The notes under the pieces were generated by a model that worked only from the letters and a program-made list of their open reading frames with translations, was not told where the DNA came from and made no database searches. A DNA stretch of 32,000 nucleotides, from NCBI RefSeq assembly GCF_000020385.1, contig NC_010814.1:1080001-1112000 (forward strand), given 5' to 3'. The stretch is from Trichlorobacter lovleyi SZ. GTDB lineage: Bacteria; Desulfobacterota; Desulfuromonadia; Geobacterales; Pseudopelobacteraceae. The translations under genes were made by a program, and so were the position numbers. Each line of letters starts with the position of its first letter. Position 1 is the stretch's first letter. This document shows, piece after piece, positions 1-8,157 of this stretch.

Positions 1-642
1 GCCGTGCTGCAGGCGAATCTCAAAAAGCCTCTCAAGCTGATCAACTATTACAAGGGGATTCCGCTTTCCTATCCGGCAACCATCGCCTCCATCAGCAAGG
101 GGATTGTCGATCTGGATGTGCATGAGGTGCAGGCCTTTACCATTGAGCAGACCCACTCAACCTTCATACGAAGTCCCCTGTTCAAGCATGCCCTGTTTGC
201 CCAGGCACAGTATGTCAATGTCAGTAAAAGGGCTGCAGCCTTTGTGCAGTTTTCCTACGTTGAAATCATGGCCGAACACCGGAGTTTCGTCAGGGTTGCG
301 GTTGATTCTCAGGAGCCGGTCTCGATTGAATCCCCGCTGGGGACAATTGAGGGGCAGTTATATGATATCTCACTCTCAGGGCTGAACATCCTGATTGACT
401 ACACCTGTCCGCTGGAACCAGGTGCCGAAACAACCGTGCAGTTTGTGCTCAGAAGCCCTGAAACAGCTCAGGCTATCAACGCCCGTCTTCCGGCGATCCT
501 GATCGGCATCGCCGGCGATGTCCCGCCCTACAGTTACCGTTTTGCCATCAGCCCTGAAAAGCAGCTTGAAAGCCAGATCTCACAGTATATCTTTCAACGT
601 CAGGTTGCGATTATCAGGGGGGTTAAGGAGGTGATCTCCTGA
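1..642 (+). CDS. PilZ-domain c-di-GMP receptor (5' end probably cut by the window edge)
   Basis: The frame-1 ORF is open to position 1. The C-terminal half carries both PilZ c-di-GMP-binding motifs, RxxxR (RSFVR) and DxSxxG (DISLSG). A strong terminator hairpin follows. Confidence 0.75.
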   Translation, partial: AVLQANLKKPLKLINYYKGIPLSYPATIASISKGIVDLDVHEVQAFTIEQTHSTFIRSPLFKHALFAQAQYVNVSKRAAAFVQFSYVEIMAEHRSFVRVAVDSQEPVSIESPLGTIEGQLYDISLSGLNILIDYTCPLEPGAETTVQFVLRSPETAQAINARLPAILIGIAGDVPPYSYRFAISPEKQLESQISQYIFQRQVAIIRGVKEVIS

Positions 643-662
643 TCACCTTCAGCGCAGAAGTG

Positions 663-707
663 AATCCAACGGGCAGCTCCTGCAGGGAACTGCCCGTTGG
701 ATTTTTT
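663..707 (+). terminator. Rho-independent terminator after the PilZ gene
   Basis: AATCCAACGGGCAG (663-676) pairs perfectly with CTGCCCGTTGGATT (690-703), and a T6 run follows. It lies between the convergent PilZ and MCP genes. Confidence 0.8.
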
Positions 708-720
708 GCGCTACGGAAGA

Positions 721-2706
721 CTACAGCTTGAAGCGTCCCACCAGACCTTCCAGATCTTTCGCCAGGCCGGACAGTTCTGAGGCTGCACCGGCGGTTTGAT
801 GGGCGCCGTTGGCGGTTTGTTGGACCACATCGGTGATCTGGTGGATGTTGGTGGATATCTCGCCGGTGACGGCGGTCTGCTCTTCTGCAGCCGTAGCAAT
901 CTGATGCACCTGCAGGGTGACTTCATTGATCCCTTCCAGGATCTGCTGCAGGGCATCACCGGATCGGCGTGAACTGTCCATCCCTTTCTCAACCTCTACA
1001 ACTCCCTGCTCCATTGAGGTCACAGCGCCACCGGTTTCCTGCTGGATCGCCTTGATCATCTCACCGATCTCGCGGGTGGCGCGGGTTGTCCGTTCTGCCA
1101 GGGCCCGTACTTCGTCGGCAACCACGGCAAAGCCGCGCCCCATCTCGCCGGCCCGGGCCGCCTCAATGGCGGCATTCAGGGCCAGCAGGTTGGTCTGGTC
1201 GGCAATATCCTCAATCGTTCCGACAATGGCCCCGATCTGGTCAGAGCGGGCCCCCAGTGCCTCAACCGTACGGGCCGATTCACGCACCTTCTCTGCAATG
1301 GTCTGCATACCTGAGATGGTTTCCTGTACCACAGAGGCACCACCATGGGCCATTTCACTGGCACGGTTGGCGATGTCGGACGCCAGGGTGCAATTGCGGG
1401 AGATGTCGTTGGAGGTGGCTGACATCTCTTCACTGGCTGTGGCAACCGTGGCTGACTGGCAGGCCACTTCCTCAGCAGCAGTCGCGATCTGTTCGGCAGT
1501 GCTGTGCAGCTGGTTGGATGCCGTAGCGACCTGGACCGTTGTGGTGGTGGCCTGGGAGATGATGGAGTGGATATTCTCAACAAAGCGGTTAAACCAGTGG
1601 CTTACTTCGCCAAACTCATCCTTGCGGTTGGCGTCCAGACGCCGGGTCAGGTCTCCCTCGCCCTGGGCTATATCCTGTAGCATCTCTACCAGCTTGCGCA
1701 ACGGTCCGGTAATACTGCCGACAATCAGCAGGCTGAGCAGCAGGGTCAGGACAGCCATTGTCAGTGATATGGCAATACTTAAAATCAGCGCCAGGCGGGC
1801 TGTGCCTGCCTGGTCGGATGCCTGTTGCAGGATTCCTTTTGCGATCCCGTCTTCGATCTCTTTCATCTGATCAATTTTAGCGGTAATGGCGCTAAACCAG
1901 GTTTCCGGCGTGATTTCAAAGCTGCCGGCCATCCCCTTTGCAAGCACGGCGTTGCGTAACTCATCCGCCTTTTTGAATGATTCAGACTGCGCCTTTTCAT
2001 CATAGGTTGTGACTGCGGCGCGTGACCCGAACTTGCGGAATCCTTCCATAAAGCTTTTTTGTGCAGAAAGAATACCGAAGGTGCGCTGGTAGGTCTCGTC
2101 ACTAAACGCATTGCCGGCAATGACGGCGTTCAGTGTGGCACGCTCTTTACCCATCTCCTCCTTGACCTTTGAAAAGGCAAAATAGGCGATGGCGGAGCGC
2201 ATCAGTGTCGGCTCCTTGCTGCTGCGTCCCACTGCTGCAACCACATCCAGGTAGGAGTAGTTAATGGCGGTATAAAACCCGAATGACTCCTTGCCTTCAA
2301 TTGTCAGTGCATCAACCTTGTTGCGGATATCAGAGAGTTTTTCCTGTTGTTTTGCTGCGGCATCAAGGGCCTGTCTGACGATTGTTGCCGCATCAGGAGT
2401 GGCAGCGATGAATGCTGCCAACTGCTTGAACTGCTCATCGCAAAGCCCACGCTGTTTAGCCAGTTCTGATCTGAATTTTTCGCCTTTTGCATTAATAAAG
2501 CCGGAAGAAAGCCCCCGTTCTTTCTGCAGTTCATGTACCAGTGCACCGGTGCGTACCGAGAGTCCGATCAGTTGCTCTGTCTGTCTGATGTCCTGCAGGG
2601 CTGCATACTTGTCAAGAACCTCGCGACCTGAAAAAAAGAGCAGTCCGAGAACCGGTAGCAAAAGCAGAAGTAACAGTTTGATGCGGATGCTGAGGTTCTT
2701 GAGCAT
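721..2706 (-). CDS. Methyl-accepting chemotaxis protein with a periplasmic NIT (nitrate/nitrite-sensing) domain
   Basis: ATG at 2706 is preceded by GGAGGAG; the longer ORF to 2787 is unlikely to be used. Order is TM1, a periplasmic region with the NIT-type motif [15 protein letters not shown] and a second KERATLN half, TM2, HAMP, then a conserved MCP signalling domain ([15 protein letters not shown]). Confidence 0.85.
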   Translation of the reverse strand: MLKNLSIRIKLLLLLLLPVLGLLFFSGREVLDKYAALQDIRQTEQLIGLSVRTGALVHELQKERGLSSGFINAKGEKFRSELAKQRGLCDEQFKQLAAFIAATPDAATIVRQALDAAAKQQEKLSDIRNKVDALTIEGKESFGFYTAINYSYLDVVAAVGRSSKEPTLMRSAIAYFAFSKVKEEMGKERATLNAVIAGNAFSDETYQRTFGILSAQKSFMEGFRKFGSRAAVTTYDEKAQSESFKKADELRNAVLAKGMAGSFEITPETWFSAITAKIDQMKEIEDGIAKGILQQASDQAGTARLALILSIAISLTMAVLTLLLSLLIVGSITGPLRKLVEMLQDIAQGEGDLTRRLDANRKDEFGEVSHWFNRFVENIHSIISQATTTTVQVATASNQLHSTAEQIATAAEEVACQSATVATASEEMSATSNDISRNCTLASDIANRASEMAHGGASVVQETISGMQTIAEKVRESARTVEALGARSDQIGAIVGTIEDIADQTNLLALNAAIEAARAGEMGRGFAVVADEVRALAERTTRATREIGEMIKAIQQETGGAVTSMEQGVVEVEKGMDSSRRSGDALQQILEGINEVTLQVHQIATAAEEQTAVTGEISTNIHQITDVVQQTANGAHQTAGAASELSGLAKDLEGLVGRFKL

Positions 2707-2780
2707 GGGGCTCCTCCGGGGCATTCTTGGGAAATGGATGCGTATCGGTGATTGTATACAATGATTCCGGCACCTATTCC

Positions 2781-2794
2781 TTGACATAAGTCAA
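2781..2794. promoter_or_regulatory. CRP/FNR-family box TTGACATAAGTCAA upstream of the NIT-MCP gene
   Basis: Perfect 5-4-5 palindrome. Its centre is 81.5 nt upstream of the MCP ATG. A minus-strand TACAAT -10 hexamer (2751-2756) sits at class II spacing. Confidence 0.6.
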
Positions 2795-2800
2795 ATTACA

Positions 2801-2838
2801 GCCATAACGGACTGCCGATACCGGCAGCCCGCTATGGC
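2801..2838 (-). terminator. Long hairpin downstream of nrfA (probable terminator)
   Basis: 17-bp stem with an ATAC loop. On the minus-strand RNA its two imperfections are G-U wobbles; on the plus-strand RNA they are A-C mismatches. A partial U run (UGUAAUUU) follows. Confidence 0.5.
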
Positions 2839-2859
2839 TATGCGGGGTGATGCTGTTGC

Positions 2860-4308
2860 TTACTTCTGCGGCCCGTAGGGGTCTTTCAACTCCTGCTCGG
2901 GCTTGAACATCAGCTTCTTGGCGCCACGGTTGTTGGTGTACTTGGACAGTTCAAGATCAATCTTGACCGGAACATCCACCCCGGCCTTGGTCAGAGCCTG
3001 ACGCAACAGACCATCGGCCTTGCCGGCGTACATGGTGGCATCACCCAGTATCCGCATCGCCTCGGTCGGGTTGTGGAAGCCGATGGAGTTTTCTGCGCCA
3101 AAGAACAGGTTACGGTAGAACCCTTCTTCATAGTAGAACTTGGCCTGGTCGTACATCTTCTGGTCGATCTGCTTGCCGGCGGCCTGCTGCTTGTGGGTCA
3201 TTTCAAACAGCTTGGCAACGGTGGCCAGGGCATAACCGGAGCGGATGTACTGGGAGGCAGCACGATCCTGAATCGTAATGACCTGGTTTTTCAACCATTC
3301 AGAAGACTCGCTGTGGCACTGTTTACAACCCTTGAAGTCGTTTTTGAGCGGGCTCATGATTCGGTGGTCTGAGATTTTCTTGCTGCCCACCTTGGTGTAC
3401 GGCATATGGCAGTCTGCACAGGAAACACCGGCCATCCAGTGTACGCTCTGGTTAGAGTACATCTCAAACTCGGGGTGGCGGATGTAGGCCATCTTGAAGC
3501 CGGTGACGGCCTGGGTCCATTCACCATAGGACTTGTCGCTGCGCATTTTCTTGATGATGTTCTCAATGCTGATCTTGCCCCACTTGCTCTCATCCCATGG
3601 GAAGAAAACGTCCTGCGACTTCATGTTGGCATCTTTGGGGATGGTGTAGGTCACGTGGCACTGGGCGCATACCAGACTGCGCTTGTCCTGATTGGTAAGC
3701 TTGGTCTGGTCAACTCCCATTTTGTCCAGAGCTTTTACAAGGGTAAAGCCTCGTGAAATTTTCAGACCCATATCCTTGTTGTTGTGGCAGTCGATACAGG
3801 CCACACCCATTTCCTGATGCTCTTTTGGGATCTGATTGACCGCATCGGCATATGATTGTGAGAAGTAGGTGACACCCTGCTTCTGAGCCAGTTGCGGTGC
3901 ATAGGGGGTTTTGCAGGTCAGACAGGCGCCACCACCCTTCAGGCGGGAAGGATCAATCTCCTTCTGATCCTTCATCATATAGACGTGGCCGCGTGGCTCG
4001 TTGTACTCAATACCAAAACCCCAGCCGTTGAACAGCAAGGCGATGAAGGGGTATTCAGACAGCTTGTCATAGACCTTGCCGCCGTCGTTGCCTTTTTTGT
4101 ACTTGCTTTTGCCTTCCGGGGTGGGCAGGGCAGTGTCTTTCCAGGTCTGGTATTCTTCAGGGTAATTCTTGCCCCAGACAGCCGGGTCAATCGTTCCGTC
4201 CGGAATCTCGGCAATCTTGGCCTGCTCGGCCTTGGGCGGGGCACAGGCGGTGATTGCGGCCCCGCACAGGGCGGCTGCCACAAGTGGTACCAACAGTTTG
4301 CTTCTCAT
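2860..4308 (-). CDS. nrfA: Pentahaem cytochrome c nitrite reductase NrfA (ammonia-forming)
   Basis: ATG at 4308 is preceded by GAGGAGGAA. It has the active-site CXXCK motif (CLTCK) plus four CXXCH motifs (CIDCH, CAQCH, CADCH, CKQCH). It also has the catalytic-Arg block EPRGH and the distal-His block RHPEFE. An N-terminal signal peptide is present. Confidence 0.93.
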   Translation of the reverse strand: MRSKLLVPLVAAALCGAAITACAPPKAEQAKIAEIPDGTIDPAVWGKNYPEEYQTWKDTALPTPEGKSKYKKGNDGGKVYDKLSEYPFIALLFNGWGFGIEYNEPRGHVYMMKDQKEIDPSRLKGGGACLTCKTPYAPQLAQKQGVTYFSQSYADAVNQIPKEHQEMGVACIDCHNNKDMGLKISRGFTLVKALDKMGVDQTKLTNQDKRSLVCAQCHVTYTIPKDANMKSQDVFFPWDESKWGKISIENIIKKMRSDKSYGEWTQAVTGFKMAYIRHPEFEMYSNQSVHWMAGVSCADCHMPYTKVGSKKISDHRIMSPLKNDFKGCKQCHSESSEWLKNQVITIQDRAASQYIRSGYALATVAKLFEMTHKQQAAGKQIDQKMYDQAKFYYEEGFYRNLFFGAENSIGFHNPTEAMRILGDATMYAGKADGLLRQALTKAGVDVPVKIDLELSKYTNNRGAKKLMFKPEQELKDPYGPQK

Positions 4309-4321
4309 AGGTGATTCCTCC

Positions 4322-4807
4322 TCAGGGGTTTGTTTGTAGTAACGGGTTGGTTTGCAGTGCACCGGTACCGGTATGGGTTACCCGGCGGTGGCAGCTCCAG
4401 CAGTTGCGTGACGTATCCATCTGCGATACCAGCGTTTCGTGGCATCTGATGCAGTTGGCCTTGACCACCTTGGCACCATGTTCAGACAGCGTGATCTTCT
4501 CCGGGACCTTGCCGGAGTAGAAGAACAATACGTCCTTCATACCGTCTATGGATTTCCAGATGTAGTGGCTGGCCAGGTTGTCGTTGGGCAGATGGCAGTC
4601 GACACATTTGAAGCGGCGATGGGCACCGGCATGCATGAAGGCGGTGTGCTGTGCTTCCATGACATGGCAGCTCGCACAGAAATCCGGTGATTCAGACTTG
4701 GCCAGCAGATGCGGCGGCCCCAGTGTCAGATACAGCCCCAACAGCGCACAACAGACTACTGCAATCAGCAGCGCCTGTTTCTGTGTGTAGCTCAGATTCT
4801 TCAGCAT
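4322..4807 (-). CDS. nrfH: Tetrahaem membrane quinol dehydrogenase NrfH (NapC/NirT family)
   Basis: ATG at 4807. It has one N-terminal TM helix and four CXXCH motifs (CASCH, CVDCH, CIRCH, CWSCH). The first is the NrfH-typical CXXCHxM (CASCHVM). It ends 13 nt upstream of nrfA. Confidence 0.88.
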   Translation of the reverse strand: MLKNLSYTQKQALLIAVVCCALLGLYLTLGPPHLLAKSESPDFCASCHVMEAQHTAFMHAGAHRRFKCVDCHLPNDNLASHYIWKSIDGMKDVLFFYSGKVPEKITLSEHGAKVVKANCIRCHETLVSQMDTSRNCWSCHRRVTHTGTGALQTNPLLQTNP

Positions 4808-4840
4808 CCCTTCACCCCCCTTCTGTCGTGGAATCAGGTA

Positions 4841-4879
4841 CAAAAACGCCGCCGGCAGTCTGCTGGACCACCGGCGGCG
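4841..4879 (-). terminator. Intercistronic terminator-like hairpin between hao and nrfH
   Basis: On the minus strand, CGCCGCCGG, a 15-nt loop and CCGGCGGCG form a perfect 9-bp GC stem, followed by UUUUUG. Confidence 0.5.
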
Positions 4880-4892
4880 CTGGTATCACCTG

Positions 4893-6149
4893 CTACTTCT
4901 TGCCGGCTTTTTTCTTCATGTCCTCCGCCATTTCACGGATCTCGGTCAGATCCTTCTTCATCTTGGCGTAACCATACCAGGTGGTGTAGTCAGGGTTCAT
5001 ATGGAACGCCCCCTGGAAGGTCTTCATGCGGTGATCCATGAACATCTCGTACAGGGTCTGTTCGATCTTGGTGTCAACATCGTAGAAGGTCAGCAGATCC
5101 GGGTAGGCAAACGGCTGATCTGCCTTCTTCTTGATGATTCCCTGCTGATACAGGTCGCCTACGATACTGATCGCTTCACTGAACAGTTTGTCTGCCTCTT
5201 TGCCCATCTGGTCAGCATTCTTGAAGTTTTCCTTCACAAAGTTGGGGGAGTGGCACTGCTGGCAGATCGCCACGTACTTGCCCCGCTCCTTATCAAACTC
5301 TTCCTTGGTCAGGCGGGCCACTTTACCTGCCTTGACCACATCCAGACGGCCGGTGGGCTTGCCAGCGGGATCAAGTACACCCATGCCTTTCAAAATAGTG
5401 GCGCGATAGCCCATCCACTCGGCATCGGCCTCTGGCAGGCGAACAGCCAGGAAGCCCCATGCTGACATTACGCGGTGGTTACCGTTGGGCATATGGCAGG
5501 TCTGGCACTTGGGTGCGCGGTTCTTTGCTCCGGGGTTGATGGCGCGGCTGGTCAGGTAGGCGGTTCCATGCTTGGAACCGGACCACATCTCCCACTGGGG
5601 ATGGTCAAACCCCATGTGGCAGGTCTGGCAGGCTTCAGGCTCGTTGGCTTCGGCCTTGGAGAAGGCGTGGCGGGTATGGCAGTTCTGGCAGTCCATGCCG
5701 TACTTGTAGTATTTGCGGGCCTCGGTCTCACGGCCTTTGGCATCAACCAATCCCAATGTGTGGCAGCCGCCGCAGCCTTTCTGGCCGGCCATGAACGCCT
5801 TGGGTTGATGGGGGGAGCGGGGCATTGCATCCAGAGCAACCTGACCAAGCACATGCTTGCCGTCCATATACTGGTTGGCCTGGTCCGGATGGCACTGCTT
5901 GCAGGTGGCGATGGTGGGGAGCTGTGCCTTGGCCACATCCTTCTCGCTGGTGTGATAGGTGCCGTGACAAGCCTCACAGGTCAGGCTTTTAGACATCTTG
6001 CCCCGGTTAAAGTCTTTGACCATCTCCGGCGAGATCTTGGCGTGGCAGGTCTCACAGTTGGACGGCTTGGCCAGTGCCAGTGCCGGCATCAGTGCCAGAC
6101 AGGCAACCATACAGATCAGCATGCTGCTAAACCGTTTCAATGCGCGCAT
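4893..6149 (-). CDS. hao: Octahaem cytochrome c of the hydroxylamine oxidoreductase (HAO) family, short epsilon-Hao-like form
   Basis: ATG at 6149 is preceded by AGGAGG, and a Sec signal peptide (ALALA/KP) is present. It has eight CXXCH motifs. The block CQNCHTRHAFSKAEANEPEACQTCHMGFDHPQWEMWSGSKHG closely follows the conserved HAO-family core as I remember it from Nitrosomonas HAO. It has no C-terminal membrane anchor. Confidence 0.75.
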   Translation of the reverse strand: MRALKRFSSMLICMVACLALMPALALAKPSNCETCHAKISPEMVKDFNRGKMSKSLTCEACHGTYHTSEKDVAKAQLPTIATCKQCHPDQANQYMDGKHVLGQVALDAMPRSPHQPKAFMAGQKGCGGCHTLGLVDAKGRETEARKYYKYGMDCQNCHTRHAFSKAEANEPEACQTCHMGFDHPQWEMWSGSKHGTAYLTSRAINPGAKNRAPKCQTCHMPNGNHRVMSAWGFLAVRLPEADAEWMGYRATILKGMGVLDPAGKPTGRLDVVKAGKVARLTKEEFDKERGKYVAICQQCHSPNFVKENFKNADQMGKEADKLFSEAISIVGDLYQQGIIKKKADQPFAYPDLLTFYDVDTKIEQTLYEMFMDHRMKTFQGAFHMNPDYTTWYGYAKMKKDLTEIREMAEDMKKKAGKK

Positions 6150-6226
6150 CTTCGTTCCTCCTTCAGGATGTGAGTGCTATCCAGCCAGATGCTGGTATCT
6201 ATACAAGTAGCAACTATGCAACAAGT

Positions 6227-6240
6227 TTGATGAAAGTCAA
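6227..6240. promoter_or_regulatory. CRP/FNR-family box TTGATGAAAGTCAA upstream of hao-nrfHA
   Basis: It matches TTGAC-N4-GTCAA at 9 of 10 positions, and TTTGA/TCAAA is a perfect palindrome. The centre is 84.5 nt from the hao ATG. A minus-strand TATAGA -10 hexamer (6198-6203) gives about 42 nt from centre to predicted TSS. Confidence 0.55.
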
Positions 6241-6335
6241 ATTTAGCAAAATAAAGTGGTAAATTAACGTTTACATGGACTTGTGAGATGTATTGATGCT
6301 TGACATGCTCTGGCTTTAGGCCTAGTTATGTAAAT

Positions 6336-6947
6336 ATGAAATCGCAAAATGTGCTCGAAAAAAAGGTAACACACGTAAGGCAAGCTGAGATTGTGCAGGC
6401 CGCCTTGAGTGTTATCGGCAGACTGGGTGTCAGTGGGCTAACCATCCATGAGGTGGCGCTGTCAGCCGGTATGAGTGAGGCCAACATCTACCGCCATTTC
6501 CGCAACAAGCAGGAGGTGGTCAAGGCGTTGGTAGAGTTCATCGGCGGCCAGGTCACCAGTCGGGCGGCTCAACTGGCCGGTTCAAGTGGCAAGCCGCTGG
6601 ACAAGCTGGAAAAGGTGATCCTGGCCCACACCGAGATGATTGCCAGAAATCCCGGTATACCAAGGCTTTTGTTCTCTGATGGCGGGATTGCCACCGGCGG
6701 CAGGATTGCCCAGATCATGTCCAGCCGGATAGAGAGCTTGCTGGATACCCTTGCAGGTCTGCTTGAGGCGGCTGCTACTGAAGGTGCGGTGCGTGAGGGG
6801 ATCGCTTCCCGCGAGACCGCCGTTACCATTTTGGGGATGATCCAGTTTAGCGTGCTGCGTTGGATCGGCAATCAAACCGAAGGCAAGCTGGTGGATGAAG
6901 TGGCGCTGTTGTGGGGTAATTTCAGGCGGCTTTTGGAGCGTCAGTAA
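6336..6947 (+). CDS. TetR/AcrR-family transcriptional repressor
   Basis: ATG at 6336. The N-terminal TetR HTH reads IVQAALSVIGRLGVSGLTIHEVALSAGMSEANIYRHFRNK. It lies immediately upstream of the efflux genes. Confidence 0.88.
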   Translation: MKSQNVLEKKVTHVRQAEIVQAALSVIGRLGVSGLTIHEVALSAGMSEANIYRHFRNKQEVVKALVEFIGGQVTSRAAQLAGSSGKPLDKLEKVILAHTEMIARNPGIPRLLFSDGGIATGGRIAQIMSSRIESLLDTLAGLLEAAATEGAVREGIASRETAVTILGMIQFSVLRWIGNQTEGKLVDEVALLWGNFRRLLERQ

Positions 6948-6968
6948 AGGGTGCAAATTTTTTTGCGC

Positions 6969-6994
6969 ACAATGTGAATATATATTTACATTGT
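6969..6994. promoter_or_regulatory. Candidate TetR operator, a 26-bp palindrome
   Basis: ACAATGTGAATAT/ATATTTACATTGT matches at 12 of 13 positions per arm. It ends 12 nt upstream of the adaptor gene ATG and overlaps an AT-rich -10-like TATATT. Confidence 0.55.
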
Positions 6995-7005
6995 GGGGGG
7001 CGGCG

Positions 7006-8157
7006 ATGATCAGGTCAAAAATGCAGCGGCGTACGCTGGTCTTGTTTGCAGGGGTGGCACTTTTAGCACTGTTGTTGCTATTGGTCATGTTTCGTTCAGG
7101 TCCGCTGGCGCCGGTTGAGGTGACGGTTGTTTCGGTGTCGTCCCAGGTGATCAGGCCGGCACTGTTCGGTATAGGCACGGTTGAGGCCCGTTACAGTTAT
7201 CAGGTTGGCCCGACAGCAGCAGGCAGAATCAAGCAGTTGCAGGTACAGGTGGGAGACCGGGTAAGAGCAGGACAACTGCTTGGAGAGATGGATCCGGTTG
7301 ACCTTAATGATCGTCTGCAGGCGCAACAGGCAGCCATCAAGCGTGCAGAGGCAAATGTGCAGGATGCCGAGGCCAGGCAGCGGTATGCGCATGCCCAGGC
7401 TAAACGGTATGGCGAACTGTTGCCGCTCAAAGCTACCAGCGAGGAAATAGTTTCAGCCAAGCGGCAGGAGTTGCAGACCGCTGATGCGGCGCTTGTCGCA
7501 GCCAGAGAAGAGCGTTCCCGGCTAACGTCTGAATATACGGGGCTGCGTTCCCAGCAGGGTAATCTGCGTCTGGCAGCCCCGGTTGCCGGGCTGGTAACGC
7601 TGCGCGGGGCTGAACCGGGCACCACCGTGGTTGCCGGACAAACCGTGATTGAGCTGATTGATCCGGCATCGGTTTGGATCAATACCCGTTTTGATCAGAT
7701 CGCGGCAAACGGGCTCAAGGCCGGTTTGCCGGCACGGATTGAGCTGCGTTCACGCAAGGGGACGCTGTTAAGCGGCACCATTGCCCGCATTGAACCAAAG
7801 GCCGACAGCATCACCGAAGAGGTCCTTGCCAAGGTGTTATTTGCACGTGTGCCAGAAAATCTACCTCCATTGGGCGAACTTGCAGAGGTAACGGTTGACC
7901 TCCCGCCGGCTGCCGCAACGCTGGTTCTGCCCAATGCGGCACTGCATCGTCTGGACAACCGGACCGGTGTCTGGCGTGTGAGTAAGGCCGGTGTTGAATT
8001 TGTTGCAGTAAAGCCTGGGGCAACTGATCTGGATGGTCGCGTACAGATTCTGGAAGGGCTTCAGAATGGGGATCAAGTGGTGCTGTACAGTGCCAAGGCT
8101 CTCACCCGTAAGAGTCGCATCAAGCTGGTTGAAAAGCTTTCGGTGGGCAGGCGATGA
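7006..8157 (+). CDS. Efflux membrane-fusion (periplasmic adaptor) protein, HlyD/DevB-like
   Basis: ATG at 7006. It has an N-terminal TM anchor, a coiled-coil hairpin region and a beta-barrel region typical of HlyD/MacA/DevB adaptors. It overlaps the next gene by 4 nt (ATGA). Confidence 0.85.
   Translation: MIRSKMQRRTLVLFAGVALLALLLLLVMFRSGPLAPVEVTVVSVSSQVIRPALFGIGTVEARYSYQVGPTAAGRIKQLQVQVGDRVRAGQLLGEMDPVDLNDRLQAQQAAIKRAEANVQDAEARQRYAHAQAKRYGELLPLKATSEEIVSAKRQELQTADAALVAAREERSRLTSEYTGLRSQQGNLRLAAPVAGLVTLRGAEPGTTVVAGQTVIELIDPASVWINTRFDQIAANGLKAGLPARIELRSRKGTLLSGTIARIEPKADSITEEVLAKVLFARVPENLPPLGELAEVTVDLPPAAATLVLPNAALHRLDNRTGVWRVSKAGVEFVAVKPGATDLDGRVQILEGLQNGDQVVLYSAKALTRKSRIKLVEKLSVGRR

Noticed and set aside
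6951-6970. GTGCAAATTTTTTTGCGCAC as a terminator after tetR.
   Set aside because: The stem is interrupted by a 2-nt bulge, the loop is all T, and no U tract follows. It is not convincing, and tetR is probably co-transcribed with or immediately followed by the pump promoter.
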